Shown: piece by piece, positions 61,221 through 64,000 of the stretch
Position numbering within the stretch: the stretch's first letter is position 1
Layout: each line of letters begins with the position of its first letter
Assembly: GCF_009914755.1 (NCBI RefSeq)
Contig: NC_060935.1
Strand: one strand, 5' to 3'
Source: the human T2T-CHM13v2.0 reference genome, Homo sapiens
DNA: 64,000 nt
Notes under the pieces: generated by a model
Seen by the model: only the letters and a program-made list of their open reading frames with translations
The model's database searches: none
Told to the model about the DNA's origin: nothing
Translations under genes and position numbers: made by a program

Positions 61221-61591
<371 letters not shown>

Positions 61592-61930
61592 CTAATATTT
61601 CACCTGGGGCTGAAATTGTCTGGGCAGAGCCTGCAACAAACTGCTCTGGGGACAGCTGGATAGGAAAGGAACATCCTTAAATGGTTCTGGCTCTCTTCTC
61701 TCTGAATCTTCCCCTCTCTTGGGCCAGCCCATGACTTCACTCAGCTCCAGAACTGGCAGATTTGCTGCCATCATCTCATCTCTGGAGATGAATCTATTTC
61801 CTTCCTATAGAAACAGCATGCAAGAAAACTCAGCTTCTGCTTGAATACTCCCAGAGACAGGAAGCTTACTACTTAACTGAACTCTGTTAGTTTTAATTGT
61901 TGAGATAAGAAATGTCCTCCCTGACGTTGT

Positions 61931-62110
61931 TTCCTTCCTTCCTTCCTTCCTTCCTTCCTTCCTTCCTTCCTTCCTTCCTTCCTTTTTTTTGAGATAGGGG
62001 TCTCACTGTTGACCAGACACTGCACCCTTTGCCTCTTGGGTTTAGGCAATCCACCTGCCTCAGCCTCTCAAAGTGCTGGGATTACAGGTGTGAGCCACTG
62101 TGCCCAGCTA
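61931..62110 (-). mobile_element. (TTCC)n microsatellite plus Alu monomer fragment
   Basis: TTCC repeats at 61931-61982, then GAGATAGGGGTCTCAC...AAAGTGCTGGGATTACAGGTGTGAGCCAC. Confidence 0.85.
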
Positions 62111-62440
62111 CCCTGGCTCTGTTTCCATCCTCCGGAGCTCCAGAGTAAATCTATTGTGCTTCTTTAGATATTTGGGAGGGACCCTATTCCCCTACATCTT
62201 CTCTCTAGTGAGCTGAACCTCCTCATTTTTAAAAATTGTGTACACAGTATCTCTCTTATGTCTTTTACAGGCACTGCGTCCCTGTTAGACTTCAGGGACT
62301 TTGCACTGGCCATGGTGCTGACCAATCACAGGCTGCCCAGGCCAAGGATTGGGTCTGGTGCTGCTGGAGATACTGACTGCTCAACTCTCTCTCTGCTGTT
62401 GCTCCTCTTCATCTACTCCCATCTCCCATGGCCTGAGTTA

Positions 62441-63210
<770 letters not shown>

Positions 63211-64000
63211 CTAAACTCCCTCTGAGGATGACACCCCTCCGTCACCCCACTGGCTGCCGGGGGGAAGGCTTCCATTTAGTGGCATTTTCCTTTCTCATTT
63301 CATGCTGTAATGGAGATTCATTGCCAGTTTTAAATCCATAATTTGCTGTGAAACCCTTGTTTTGGGCCTGGGCTGAGGTCGGAACGGAGAAGCGGCGGGT
63401 TATTTTTAGCCCTCAGAGGGCTCCCTGTGCAGCTGCAGCTCCCCTGGGCTTCCCCCAGGGCGGGCCTCAGACAGCGTCCTGGGTTTGACACCCAGGATGC
63501 CCAGGAAGCTGGAGCTGGGACAGGGGTAAACACACACGTGGGACTGGCTGGCCTGCCCCTCCCTCAGTTGGCTCTGGCTCTGTTCCTCCTCCATTTCATG
63601 AGATGAGGGGGAATCAGTAGAGAAACAGGGCCTCATGCCGATGAGTCTGTGCTTCCATTACCCCCCTCTTTCCTGGGCCTGACAAGGAGTGAGGGTCAGT
63701 ACTTCAGGCCTCCAAGAATGTGTCCATTTCCTAACAGTGACTGATCCCCTGACCGGATGTTCTTGTGTCTTTCTATCAGGGCGACACTGATGATTTGGCT
63801 CTGAGGTGTGTGTGTTAAGTACCTGCGTGCACCAGCGCATTTGTCCTTGAGGCGAAGCTGTCCATGTGTGTATCCTTATGATTGGCACATAAATGGGGAA
63901 TCCTGTCAATGGCCAGTGGCCAGCGGGGCTTCCAGACTGAGGATCCCAGTAGGGCACCAGGACAGAGGTGGGCTCTTGCTGTGCTTTTGCAGGCTTGTGG

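Overview
Primate (human or great ape) genomic DNA inside the KIRREL3 gene (Kirre-like nephrin family adhesion molecule 3 / NEPH2; human 11q24), which is transcribed on the minus strand. The window holds four coding exons with canonical GT-AG boundaries: 24991-24834, 14781-14631, 7930-7825 and 635-487 (158, 151, 106 and 149 nt). By recall of the RefSeq structure these are exons 5-8, and they encode Ig-like domains 2 and 3. Everything above 24991 is one long intron (intron 4, incomplete in the window). The rest is intronic: about 16 Alu elements, MaLR/ERV solo LTRs, MER53, MER115 and MER3 DNA-transposon relics, an old L1M, MIR/L2 fragments, four large TG/CA-type tracts and a G/C-rich minisatellite. 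Almost all ORFs in the supplied track are spurious. No prokaryote-type system (CRISPR, operon, phage) is present. The best candidates for undescribed biology are hypotheses about RNA processing around the Ig2 exon pair: (1) a perfect 16-nt intronic complement of the exon-6 5' splice site; (2) a UGUA/AAUAAA intronic poly(A) signal that would give a secreted Ig1-Ig2 form; (3) inverted Alus bracketing exons 5-6, whose 309-nt circle has no in-frame stop. Also notable: a full-length CTCF site, a MER53 hairpin that is fully paired on the sense strand, and a non-TE ~290-bp direct repeat flanking exon 5. Repeat subfamily names come from remembered consensus features and need RepeatMasker/Dfam confirmation.
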